Source of the DNA: Octopus bimaculoides | Lineage: Eukaryota | DNA length: 64,000 nucleotides | Assembly: GCF_001194135.2 (NCBI RefSeq) | Contig: NC_068998.1 | Coordinates: forward strand, 36,400,768 to 36,464,767 | Direction: 5' to 3' | In this document: positions 52,105 through 64,000 of the stretch, piece by piece | How positions within the stretch are numbered: the first letter of the stretch is position 1 | Layout: each line of letters opens with the position of its first letter | Program-made: the position numbers and the translations under genes | The notes under the pieces: model-generated | Told to the model about the DNA's origin: nothing | What the model saw: the letters and a program-made list of their open reading frames with translations, nothing else | Databases searched by the model: none

Positions 52105-54125
52105 TGTTTCTCAGTCTGGTTTAAGTAATCTACTGAAAGTTAAGACGTATTCTATGCTACTGTTTGCTCAGCGTTTTTACTTTACATTTGAAATATTTTC
52201 ATGTCTTTAATAAATTTGATATCTCTCGCCTTTATAGAGATTGTAAAAATGTGTGTGGTTCGCATATTTCATACCTAAACGGTAATACCACCTGGAAATA
52301 AGCATTTGGTCCCAGTCAATGGATTACTTCCTTTCAGTGGATAAAATTCCTTACCGATCGTAAATGTCATGAAAAATGTTGTTTTGCTCTTCTTCTGTGA
52401 CAAAAGCATAATCTAAACAAAAAATCTTGTCCACAAATCTGGTAGATATTGCCAGCTACCACGTGGGGTTAACAGTTTAAAATACATTTGCAGATGAAAT
52501 ACTTGGACATAGTCAGTGTTGTATCCTGTGGTTACTGAATGTTTCGGATCGTACGACATATACCCTGATGTAAGTGATCCGACTAAGAGTGTTAAGGACT
52601 TCTACCAACCCCACGAATCATCTCTATTTTGCCAAGACCATTTAGATACTTTACCAGCAGCTTCAACATTGTTCTTGGTGGTGATTCTGTTCGCATCTGT
52701 AACGTCCGGGGCTCCATAAATCCTACGTTCTGAATTCAAATTCAAGGGTACGACTGCGAACCTTTGACTTCCAACCTCTAATGGCAACCATCTCATTCTC
52801 TATCCATTCTTGCAGCAGTCCTTCACCAACCTCTGGTACTTAGTTCTCTTGCGATTCCTTCCACCTCTCTTCCTAGAGCACAGTTTATTCAAATAAGATT
52901 AACGCTTTCTTGCTCGGAAACTAAAATGGCATTAGATACTTCGCTGTGATAAATTAAATCTATATAACTGATTCAGTCGACGAACCATAAGCCATCATTT
53001 CAGTAGACTAATTCTCTTGGCCATTTCGATTGTGTGAATAACAGAAACATAGACTGAAATAGATATAAAAGAAATTTATTCCAGAATTATTTACTGAAGA
53101 TTTAAATCATTTCTTCTGTAATTTTCCTTTTGATAATATCTTTGATGTCTTATATTTCTGCAAGTGATAACTTGTATCGGTTTACAGATCTTACATGTCT
53201 CAGTGATGCAGCAGCTGAAATTGTCGGCAAAAACAGATAATGTCGTTGTTTTGAAATCTAAATATTTTTTTTAGTACTCAACTTTCGAGTAGAAGCAGCA
53301 TTAGCGTATTTTGGTGGGAACTACCTCATTACTATCTCTATGGTTTAAATCTATACCTGAGACAGTTATACCAGTGGCTGTACCACAGTAACACCTGTTT
53401 AAATTTGTTATATGCAATAGAAGCAGCATTAGATTAAAATAGCATTCATGTATCACACTCAATATAAATACAACGTTGCATTCGCAATATAGTGAATGGT
53501 CTATTCCCTGACCTTTAAAAATCGGTGATGAATCTTGTCGAAACATGTGGTTAACTATTAATATACATTATTGATAAGGCCTAAGGAGACCGAAATGCAT
53601 CAGACGTTTACGCTAACCAGTGCTAGGACAATTTTCGTCTCCCTCTGATATGTGTACATAGTGGTTACGTTGTTGCATTGATGCACTCGACAAAAAAGAT
53701 AGAAAAGAAATTTGTTACACAGCGTTATAGCATATTCTACTAAGCCGGTTATCTGCCCATTTATAGCTTGTTGTTATTGCTCCCCTTTAAAATTCAGACT
53801 AAACCTGTTTAAACGTAGCTGTTATCAAAGCATTCTAACCGTGACCATCATGTTGTTTCAAGTGTGTACATGACTACATTATCGAATGTGTAACTTCCCT
53901 TATTACAAACAGTGGGCTATGACATGAGCGTAGAGTTTCAGAGGTAGCCTTGCTGATTCTCTGGTACCCTCCTCATGTTAGTCTGAGAAGCATGCTCGTT
54001 GGTACAAGAGACACTCTTACTGACACCATAGGGTTCTCCGTTAGATATACAGTTTACGGGGTTTAGAAAACACTATAACAGGAAATTCTCCAAGATCAAG
54101 CTTATCAAGAGAAAATATTTATTCA

Positions 54126-54159
<34 letters not shown>

Positions 54160-54348
54160 CTACACAAACACGCTCATATATATATACACACATACGCACA
54201 CATATGTGTATGTATATACAATAATGGATAAATATACATCCATCTGCATATATGAGTATATATGTGTGTGTGTATGTATCTCTATCTATTCATGTCTCTC
54301 TCGCTATATATATGTATATATACATACATGCACATATTCATATGTATG

Positions 54349-54381
<33 letters not shown>

Positions 54382-56275
54382 ATGTATACGCATGTATGCA
54401 TATATACATGTGTGTGTATGTATATATGTAATCTATGTACCTATGTACATACACATATGCACACACGAGAGGTTTTCAGATCACAAATATTCCGGTATGC
54501 ACCTGCTGTGATTGTACGGTTCAACGGAAATGCGTGCACAACTAACAATCCTTGATAGCCATCATGCTGAGTCTGTCTACAAATAGGCTTCATACTATCT
54601 ATTCGAGTCGTGTTAGAACAGCTTTGCTATTTTTACTGTGGCTGACAAATTCAAGAACTGTCCCTCCCTGAAATTTTGCTGAATCTTAGCAAATGCACTT
54701 GGGAGAACCTCAGTAAAGTATTAAGCAAAGGGTCTTTATTCCGAATTAAATTTTATTGAGGCGCACATAGTTTCAAATCGTATGTGTGTCTTCATAATAG
54801 TGAACAATCAGGATGAGCAGTTTCAATTAAAAGGCTAGAAAGCCTGAAAGGAAAAATGATCGTGATCTTATCCATGGGGATAATCGCCGAATAATGTATC
54901 ATCTCCCTAATAACGTATCAACTCCCTTACATAATTGGAACCGGTTAACTATAAAGTCTCACACGAAAAAATGGAATATTCATTGCGATGCTGCGAAAGT
55001 TAGGTTCCTCCGCACTTTTCGACTCGTAAACAAAATCAACGGCGTCTTTGCGTGTGTTTCACGAAGCTCAAGGCTGAAACTTCACAAATTGCAACTTCGT
55101 TTTTCCACGTTTTGTTGATTGTCAATGAATAACAGAAATAAATAAATGAAACATTTATTTGCATACGAAATTAAAAAAAGAAAAAAAACTGAATGTAGGC
55201 GATAATACAAGGTTGNNNNNNNNNNNNNNNNNNNNNNNNNNNNNNNNNNNNNNNNNNNNNNNNNNNNNNNNNNNNNNNNNNNNNNNNNNNNNNNNNNNNN
55301 NNNNNNNNNNNNNNNNNNNNNNNNNNNNNNNNNNNNNNNNNNNNNNNNNNNNNNNNNNNNNNNNNNNNNNNNNNNNNNNNNNNNNNNNNNNNNNNNNNNN
55401 NNNNNNNNNNNNNNNNNNNNNNNNNNNNNNNNNNNNNNNNNNNNNNNNNNNNNNNNNNNNNNNNNNNNNNNNNNNNNNNNNNNNNNNNNNNNNNNNNNNN
55501 NNNNNNNNNNNNNNNNNNNNNNNNNNNNNNNNNNNNNNNNNNNNNNNNNNNNNNNNNNNNNNNNNNNNNNNNNNNNNNNNNNNNNNNNNNNNNNNNNNNN
55601 NNNNNNNNNNNNNNNNNNNNNNNNNNNNNNNNNNNNNNNNNNNNNNNNNNNNNNNNNNNNNNNNNNNNNNNNNNNNNNNNNNNNNNNNNNNNNNNNNNNN
55701 NNNNNNNNNNNNNNNNNNNNNNNNNNNNNNNNNNNNNNNNNNNNNNNNNNNNNNNNNNNNNNNNNNNNNNNNNNNNNNNNNNNNNNNNNNNNNNNNNNNN
55801 NNNNNNNNNNNNNNNNNNNNNNNNNNNNNNNNNNNNNNNNNNNNNNNNNNNNNNNNNNNNNNNNNNNNNNNNNNNNNNNNNNNNNNNNNNNNNNNNNNNN
55901 NNNNNNNNNNNNNNNNNNNNNNNNNNNNNNNNNNNNNNNNNNNNNNNNNNNNNNNNNNNNNNNNNNNNNNNNNNNNNNNNNNNNNNNNNNNNNNNNNNNN
56001 NNNNNNNNNNNNNNNNNNNNNNNNNNNNNNNNNNNNNNNNNNNNNNNNNNNNNNNNNNNNNNNNNNNTATATATATATATATATATGAGTTCCGATGCAC
56101 GAGAATCTCGGACCTTGAGTCACTTTGTATATAAAAATATACATATACTCATATTCTGACTTCTGTTTTTCCTGTTTGCACCAACATCCTTATATATATT
56201 TGTATGTGTATGTATGTATGTATGTATATGTGTGTGTGTGTGTGTTTGTGTATGTGTGTATGTATGTATGTATTT

Positions 56276-57562
56276 ATGTCATTCAGCTTTATTTCAAGAT
56301 TTCTTGCCAATTGAGAAAATGCCAGTTTCTAACTTCGATCCAAGGTTCTTTAATTGGAATTTCAGTATCAGCAGGGTATTTTTGTATGTGTGTATGTGTA
56401 TGTGTATGTGTACACATTTGTACGTCTTGTTATATGTATATTCTTTTATGCATATATTTGCATATCTAGACATGCTTATATATGCTTAAATGGTAAACTT
56501 CTGGAAAGTTTTACGGATTTTTATAGTCCACTAGTGGCTTAGATCTGTAATTTTCGAATCAGCTTACTCCTTTCCCGGTTTCGATAAGCCTAATTTCTCA
56601 AGATTCATATTTATGCAGTGTGTAATATCTCAGAGCTCCAATATTTACAGGTATGAACCTGAACTTGTGATCTGGATAGAGTAACTGAAGATTTCTCGAT
56701 AGTTCAGCGTAGCCATTTTTTTTTTTCGCTCATCTCTTTATGATGACATCTGCTGGGCAGCTGATTCCCACAACTGTATGCAGCTTCTGTTTTTTTTAAT
56801 CACAAATCATTATGTCAGATCTATTGTGTTCACATTTTATTGAAGTTTTCATCGTCATATTCTACCAGTACTCCTTTTTTATGAACCCAATATACTGTGG
56901 CTTCTTATTTCTTTGTCCCCGGGGTTATCCTTCCGACGTGTCTCGTTATACAGTGTCTCAGCTACAACATCATGTCTCATCAGTAGATATACCATGGTGA
57001 CATTTTCGGACAACTGCTTATGATATAGGTGATATCTCCGGTGTCAACTCCACAAAGTGTGCATCAGTTGTCACATGTTGTTGCTTCTCCTGCATCCCTA
57101 TCCCTTTTGTGCATCAGGTATTTGGTTGATATTTCCTGTTCCTGGATTGCAAACACATACCCTTCAAATCTGAAGGGAGTAATCCGGTTGTTGTTCCACG
57201 ACAGACCGCTTTGACGATCGATATTTCTATCATCTCGGAGCTTTCAACCAACATATCCATGCATGGTCATCTGCTGATATACGCTCATCCTTTCACGTTG
57301 CGGTAAAGTCGTGCGACTCCTTTGGGTTTGTATTTATGGTTATCAGACAAGGAATGCTGCTCAAGAAACTGCTTTCCAAGTCTTTGCATTATATTCTTGC
57401 CTTCCTTGAAATGTATGGCTTTTTCTTCTCACAGAAAAACCCAATATTATTGATGCCACGAAGGAAACGGAAACAAGAAAACTTAAGATCTTGAAGTACC
57501 GATTCCGAATCACACTTTTGATTCTCAGTTTAACTTATTTCATTTCCGTTGCCATCATTCTC
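56276..57562 (-). mobile_element. 5'-truncated R4/Dong-like RLE LINE (third family) flanked by (TATG)n
   Basis: Minus frames: RLGKQFLEQHSL, GYVFAIQEQEISTKYL, CTLCGVDTGDITYIISSCP, KNGYAELSRNLQLLYPDHKFRFIPVNIGAL, KIRKTFQKFTI*; 3' UTR ends aataaagctgaatgacataaa before (TACA)n. Confidence 0.85.
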
Positions 57563-57639
57563 ATGTATGTATGTATGTATATATGTATGTATGTATGTAC
57601 GTACGTATGTACGTACGTATGTACGTACGTATGTATGTT

Positions 57640-57651
57640 TGTATAAGCCTT

Positions 57652-57682
<31 letters not shown>

Positions 57683-57900
57683 GTGCGCGCGTGCGCGCCT
57701 ATACTTGTCACCCTCGCACCACTTGGCTGCAAGTGTTGGTTTGTTGACGTTCTTGTAACGCAGCTTTTCTGCACAAGTGACCAATAGAATAAGCACCAAA
57801 AAATGAGTATTGGTGTCGATCTGTTCGTCTAAAACCTTCGAAGGTGGTGCTCCAAAATGACCACAGTTTAATGGCTGAAACATGTAAAAATAAAGCAAAA
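57640..57900 (+). mobile_element. SINE family B, 3' half
   Basis: gtgttggtttgttgacg...ggtggtgctccaaaatgaccacagtttaatggctgaaaca. Confidence 0.7.
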
Positions 57901-58377
57901 ATAACATTAACAATTTAAAACGTTTGCATCTGTTTGTGACAGATCTACCACTAGTTATCTTGAAATATTATTTCACGGAAGATGACCGATCTATGACAAC
58001 ATTGTGGATATAAGGTACGGTTAATAAAGCAAATTTCACATTTGCTTAGAAATGTCTAACTATTTGTTACATGCCGGACAGTCTTCTATTATAGATGCAG
58101 CAAACAAAATATTCAACAAAGGTTCTGCCTTTTCTAAACGTACATGATATACTCAATATTTTTAGTGTTTATTCCCCAGAAATAGGATGTTTTTTATTTA
58201 AATATTTCAAAATTTCTAGAGATTGAACACTGTAGATATTTGTAGAATACTATATCGCTGTTCAGCAAACACAAAAAGTTTTCTACTGCTAAGGTGAATC
58301 TTCTCATTGAAAGATTTTTGTAATAAAACTTGTTATAAAACTTGTTATTTATATGCATATATCCATACACGCCACAA

Positions 58378-58445
<68 letters not shown>

Positions 58446-58529
58446 ACACATACACACATACACAAACACATACTAGTAAAAATATAATTTCGAATTTGTC
58501 ATGTTCAGGCCTCACCAAAAGGCTGTAAA

Positions 58530-58700
58530 CAACGGAAATGAAATAAGTTAAACTGAGAATCAAAAGTGTGATTCGGAATCGGTACTTCAAGATCTAAAGC
58601 TTCCTTGTTTCCGTTTCCTTCGTGGCATCAAAAACATTGGTTTCTTTTGTGAGAAGAAAAAAAACATATGTTTTCAGAAAGGCAAGAATATAATGTAAAG
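58530..58700 (+). repeat. Inverted duplicate of LINE segment 57382-57551
   Basis: caacggaaatgaaataagttaaactgagaatcaaaagtgtgattcggaatcggtacttcaagatc is the exact reverse complement of about 57487-57551; similarity continues to about 58700. Confidence 0.9.
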
Positions 58701-58959
58701 TTCTCTTTTCTGTTTTACGTTTTGCTTTTTTGCTCAAAGAAATTCGAAGTTCGATCATCTGAAACTGGTGTATTGACTATTTTTGATTTGTTGTCTATCA
58801 GAATAGCTGAACAGAAATTACCAAACATGCGTACGTATATAATACGCATGTCTGTGCATAGGCGCAGACAAGGCTGTGTACAACTACAGGCATGTCTGAA
58901 TATAGATCTATAGTTGCGATCATGGCTGTGTATAGAGGCAGGCAAGGTTATGTATAGGT

Positions 58960-59385
58960 GCAAGCGTAGCTTTGTAGTTGTGAAACTTGCTTTGCAGCCA
59001 CGTGGTTTCCATTTCAGTCTCACAGTGCAGCACCTTGTCTTCTACAAAAGCCCCGGCCAGACCAATGTCTTGTGCGTGAATTTGGTTCGGTAGAAACTGT
59101 TTAGAAGCCCCATCGTACTCACACACGCACACACACACACACACATATATATATGCCATTATGTTGTATATATATGACATTGTTTTGCCCCCACCACCAC
59201 TTGACAACCGGTGTTACTTTGTTTATATCCCTGCAACTTAGAGGTCTAGCGAAAGAAAGACTTAGTACTAAACCTGGAAAAAATGTACTGGGCGGGGGTG
59301 GGGTGGTGGTCATCTGTTCGGCTAAAATCCTTAAGGCCATACCCTAACATGGCCGCAGTCCATTGACTGAAACAAGTAAAAGAGG
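58960..59385 (+). mobile_element. SINE family B, full length, diverged
   Basis: Head remnants, (CA)n/(TA)n, cttgacaaccggtgt and catggccgcagtccattgactgaaacaagtaaaag. Confidence 0.75.
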
Positions 59386-59789
59386 TCCTTCCGTTATTAT
59401 TCGACATGCTAGCAACAGAGGTCAAATATTTCACAAATCACACTGTACTCTCTTGGAAAAGTTAAGGACACATTGGAGAACGTAGTCTTACACATTAGAG
59501 AATGTGGCCTTACCTCTCAAAAGGCGAGAAGATTACAGTTGGTATGTCTTTTGATCAGAGGTAGACTTATTAGAGATAACCTTTGATCAAACAACAATTA
59601 TATGAATACGCACCTGAATACCTGTGTCCTAACACATAAGCATACACGTGCACATTACAGTAAAAGGCAAACCACACAGAGGGAAAATCGAGGTAAGCCG
59701 GTAAATCGTGTGAGAATCTGTTGTTTCAATCCCTTCAGTCGGATAATCTTCATACTATAATATCAGATGGATTCAGCCCGAACTTATAC

Positions 59790-60570
59790 TTACATTACAG
59801 GCGTCGCTTCGGTGCCACTGCGTGGAATTTGGGCAAGTGTTTTCTGTTATAGCCCCGCGGCGACCAAAGACTCGTGAGTGTATTTGGTAGAGAGAAACTT
59901 AAAGAAGTTTGTCGTGTATGTATGTATGTATGTATGTGTGTGTATGTATGTATGTATATATGTATGTATGTAAGAATGTCATTTTTCAGTCTTATTTCAA
60001 GATTTCTTGGCAATAGAGAAAGAAACGGTTTCCAACCTAAATCCAAGGCTCTTTCATTGGTGGTGTTTCAGACAAAATCATGTTAGCGAGATTCCAAGTG
60101 GTGTAGAAGTATATTTTAAAATCTGTTCAGGATAGCGCTACGAATTGTGAGTAAAATGTCTTTATTTCTCTTATTAATTGTTGGGAGAAATAAACCAGTT
60201 ACCTATTTAGGCTGAAGAAGTCGGCATATTTCTAGAGGAAGACGTTCAAAACGAACTTTTTAAACAGTTCTCTACACCTGCAGGTCCAATGTATGTACGT
60301 ATGTATGTATGTATGTATGTATGTATGTATGTGCGGATGTACGTGTGTATTTATGTATGACTGTGTTTGTGTTTATCACTCACGGCAGCTTGGCAACTAT
60401 AGCTGGTTTGTTTAGGTCGCCGTAACTTAGCGGTTCGGTAAAAGAAACCGATTTAATAAGTACCAGGCTTATAGATAAGTAGTGGTATTGATTCATTTGA
60501 CTGAAACTCGTCAAGACAGTGCCCCAGCATAGTCGAAGTCTAAAGACTAAAACAAGTAAAAGAATAAAAT
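59790..60570 (+). mobile_element. SINE family B halves with intervening sequence that includes the 3' tail of the 56-57 kb LINE family
   Basis: Head 59790-59915; 59975-60060 matches 56276-56350 (ttatttcaagatttcttg); 3' half 60370-60570. Confidence 0.65.
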
Positions 60571-60899
60571 AATACATACATAAATACTTATACTCGCACA
60601 CATGTATACATATGCATACATACATATCTACAAATATATATAAACATATGTATACACTCACGCAAATATGTCTATATGTTTATACATAAATAGACCAGTT
60701 CACTGAAGAACATTAAGAATAAAATAAAATACAAGAAAACATATATATCAGGCACCACAGATATAAATTCTCAAACTGCTCGCTGTGTATGATATGAATC
60801 AAATACATACTAATAGAAGAATAGATAAACACTTTCTTCAAAAGCCTCATAGAACAGAACGGAGATCCATTATAACAAACCAGGAATTAATATTATTGA

Positions 60900-61360
60900 T
60901 GTATTTGTGAACTCTCCTGTTGTAGACGGCAGATGAAACTTTGCAATTCCTTGCAGAATAACCTACACGGATGATTAGCTTATGGTGATCAGATGTTTGT
61001 GCTTTGCATTATCTCACTGTCTCTATCAGATCGACATTACTTTCATTGGTGCATAATGTGCCACAAGTTAGGTGTCGAGGTGATCACAGAGCAACGTGAA
61101 ATGAGGTGTTTTGCTCAAGAATAAAAGACGGTACCGGGTCTGGGATTCCAACCCACAATCTAGCGATCGAGAGTGCAACAACATAACCACGATATACATA
61201 AATCAGAGAGACAAAAATCGTCCCGGCAGTGGTTAGCGAGAATGTCAGACTTGCACTTCGGTTACGATATGCCTTATCAATAATGCGTATTCCCGGTCCG
61301 GGAATCGAAACCATGTTCTCGCAATCGTAAGTCCAACACTCTAACCACTCGGTCACGCAA
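60900..61360 (-). mobile_element. CORE-like tRNA SINE with duplicated head
   Basis: gcaacgtgaaatgaggtgttttgctcaag; two heads (ccgggtctgggattcc at ~61135, ccggtccgggaatcgaaacc at ~61293). Confidence 0.65.
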
Positions 61361-61399
61361 CCTCCAATGATATACTACAAAAACATTAATGATATCGAA

Positions 61400-63870
61400 T
61401 CACAAGTCATATAAACCCGCGGACCAACTATTATTGGACAATGTAATTTATAAATACGATTGCCAAGGTGGAAACTTTAAACTTCATGTTACTAATTATT
61501 GGATAAGCTATACAAGCACGTTAATAATCAGTCAGAACACCATAGACTTACAACAAAGAAGCAATTGCATTGCACTACAACACACACCCTAAAAACAAAC
61601 ACAGTTAATGAAACATTAGTGCACAACGCTTATGAACACACCAGAGAGACTTCCATAATAGACCATTACTGATAGAAGCAATAAAACATTCTAATGCCAA
61701 AATAAACACACGGACATTGCATTATAGTTAGAAACAAAGCTTAACACCTGATTGCTGAAATAAAAGGAAAGACAGATATTGCAACCGTAAAGTGGATATA
61801 CAGTGGAATCAAACATATTGGTTCTAGCTTCTGTAAAAAGCAGCAATACATGTCAGCAACACGAAATTTTGCAGACGAGACTGTGAAGGCTTAAAAGATT
61901 TGAAGATGGTATAGGAAGTCTGACGCTCCAAACAAGATGCAACGTGATTAACACACCCACATGTATCTGTCTTCTAATAAGGGCCTATTTAATAATAATA
62001 AAGATAAGTACGATAAGGCAATTAAAGATGCAGGTTACAGAGGTAGAATTAAATATATCCCACACACGAATACAACGAATAGAAATAATATTGACAACTC
62101 TAACTGCAATAATACAGAACAGAAATATGCCTAAACTCAGTAATAAAGCACAGAGGCTTATAGATCACGACACAAACATGATCGAAACTAGCAACACTAA
62201 GAAGAACTATAACAATAACAGAAATACATCAAATAAAATAACGAGGGAAATTAGATGAGGCATGAGTGATACCAATGAATCCACTAATCAGGAAGAACAC
62301 AGTGATAACTTAAAGCATTATCTACAGAAACCGAGTCCCAGCACCACTAATGGCGGTATTAATGCGCATAGACTAGATAATAAAACTAATGATAATAAAC
62401 ATATACACCACACGCATCACTCTAACAGCTATAAACATGTGTCGTTCGGCAAGATTACCGGTAAAACGAGAGACACTAACTGGCTCATACTCCCATATGC
62501 GATGCAAATAATGACCGACTTAGCTAAGCTAATATTTAATATTACAAATAAACATTTTGATAAGAATAGCAAGTATTCGAAACTTATTAATAGTAAAGTA
62601 ATAAAGATAGGTTATAGTCTCACACGTAGCTTAGCCAGCATCATTTCCTCCCTAAATAATAAAAAAAATAGACATTTTCTATTTAAAGAGAAGCAACAAT
62701 AACAACGGCAGCAGTAATAGTAAGAATAAAAACAATAAATCCCATAACCATCCCAGATTTAGTAAAGGGAACACTCGGAACCATAATAACCCTATTAATC
62801 TTGATAGACTTAGCACTATCCCACCAGAGAGTAATCCCCCCCCCCACACACACACACACCACAGCACAATCGATGTGACTGTAGGAATAAAGATAATTGT
62901 GCCCTTGGAAATAGCTGTAAAAGTAAAGATGTAACTTACCAGTGCACTGTTACAACACAGTTTAGTAAAAAGATATACACAGACGTGCAGGAAGTAAATC
63001 GATACCTTTAATTTTCGAAATCTTTTATTTAATGCGCAAGGCGAACAATTGAAATGTAATTGATAGGTAGGACTATATATTTTAGTATTTAGTTGACATT
63101 CCCTTTGCAGTTTTTAATTCAGAAACTGCTTTTGGCACTGAACTGATGAGCTTTGTGATTGTTCCTTGTGGAGGTTTTCTTCTAGCTGCTCGTCCATAAT
63201 ACCCAAGCTTATTTAGATATGTAACAAACGTTCTTGGACTAACTTCTAGCGGTTTTGCAATGTCAGAAGTTCGTTTGTCAGGGTTCATTTTCCGCAATTC
63301 CCTTCAAACAACGAAGCTTCCTTTCCGAGGGCCCAGGTCTACCGAGACGAGAATCTGTTGATTCTTTTCCTTGGCTTTTGAATTTCACTATAATTCTATT
63401 AACAGTAGTAAGAGGAATTTGAAGATTTTTGGCAATCTGATTGTTCTGCTGAATTTTTGTGTGTGCCATGGTTACTCTTCGCAAATGCTTAATATATTGG
63501 CACCTGGAATGAAAAAGAATAATTACATTGTAAATTCTACACTGCTGAAAACATATTAAGACATTTTGATCAGAAATTTTGAAAATTAAAGGTTTCTATT
63601 TACTTCCCGTATGTCAGTGTACATAGGAGCTACACAAAATGATATGAAAGGAAGATCAGCCGCGTACCAACACTCTTTCAGAAATAGAAATAGGATTAAC
63701 TCGACCGGATTAAGTAAATATATTTGGAAACTTAAAGATAAAGATACTAGATTCGGTTTACAAAATCCTCGCCTCCGCACTTTCGTACAATGTAAAAAAA
63801 AACAAGAAATACCATCTTTGCATCAATGAAATATTTTTCATACTAGAGGCACAACACCCATTACTTCTCT
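61400..63870 (+). mobile_element. Penelope-like element (RT thumb plus GIY-YIG endonuclease), decayed and interrupted
   Basis: LSSNKGLFNNNKDKYDKAIKDAGY; WLILPY...NKHFDKNSKYSKLINSKVIKIGYS..SLASIISSLNNK; CDCRNKDNCALGNSC; YIGATQ..KGR...HSFR..STGLSKYIWKLKD; HLCINEIFFIL. The 5' boundary is uncertain. Confidence 0.85.
62978..63619 (-). mobile_element. Internally deleted Tc1-like DNA transposon, 642 bp, 44-bp TIRs, TA TSD
   Basis: TIRs 62978-63021 and 63576-63619 (37/44 identical); TA at 62976-77 and 63620-21. Encodes HTH region (IAKNLQIPLTTVNRII, GRP, GYYGRAARRKP) fused to the C-terminus (KLISSVPK..AKGMSTKY*); DDE domain absent. Confidence 0.93.
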
Positions 63871-64000
63871 TGAGGGGAGAGAAAAACATAGCCTGCCTGC
63901 ACAAGGGGAAGTTTACCTTCGCTAAATATAAATAGTATTAGAGACCTTGCACCATCCCCAAAAGTAGCCCTTCACCACAAAAATAGTAGTTCTCAATCTT

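Noticed and set aside
53515-53550. Hammerhead-like gtgatga...gaaac
   Set aside because: C3 is missing and there is no stem II pairing.
57420-58661. Bona fide DNA transposon with 132-bp TIRs
   Set aside because: The left arm is continuous with LINE coding sequence and the similarity fades outward without a TSD; better explained as an inverted duplication.

Overview
AT-rich, repeat-dense eukaryotic genomic DNA from a gapped draft assembly with 12 N-runs, many of them at microsatellites. The tRNA-derived SINE families and dense (TA)n/(CA)n/(TATG)n/(TAA)n tracts strongly resemble cephalopod (Octopus) DNA; this is pattern recognition, not a database result. I cannot support any intact host protein-coding gene: the ORF track is almost entirely microsatellite or N-gap artefact plus decayed transposon ORFs, so the window looks intronic or intergenic. 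Content: (i) about 35 copies of at least three SINE families; (ii) decayed LINEs: two RTE-like, one L1/Tx1-like, several R4/Dong-like RLE elements and one possible Hero-like relic; (iii) a Penelope-like element whose GIY-YIG motif is split by an internally deleted Tc1 transposon; (iv) a fold-back MITE, a mariner-like relic, Helitron-like ends and two minisatellites. The most interesting patterns are retrotransposon pieces repeatedly embedded in specific microsatellites ((TAA)n and (TACA)n), and a SINE tail that matches the 3' end of the L1/Tx1 LINE in the same window. Coordinates of decayed elements are approximate.
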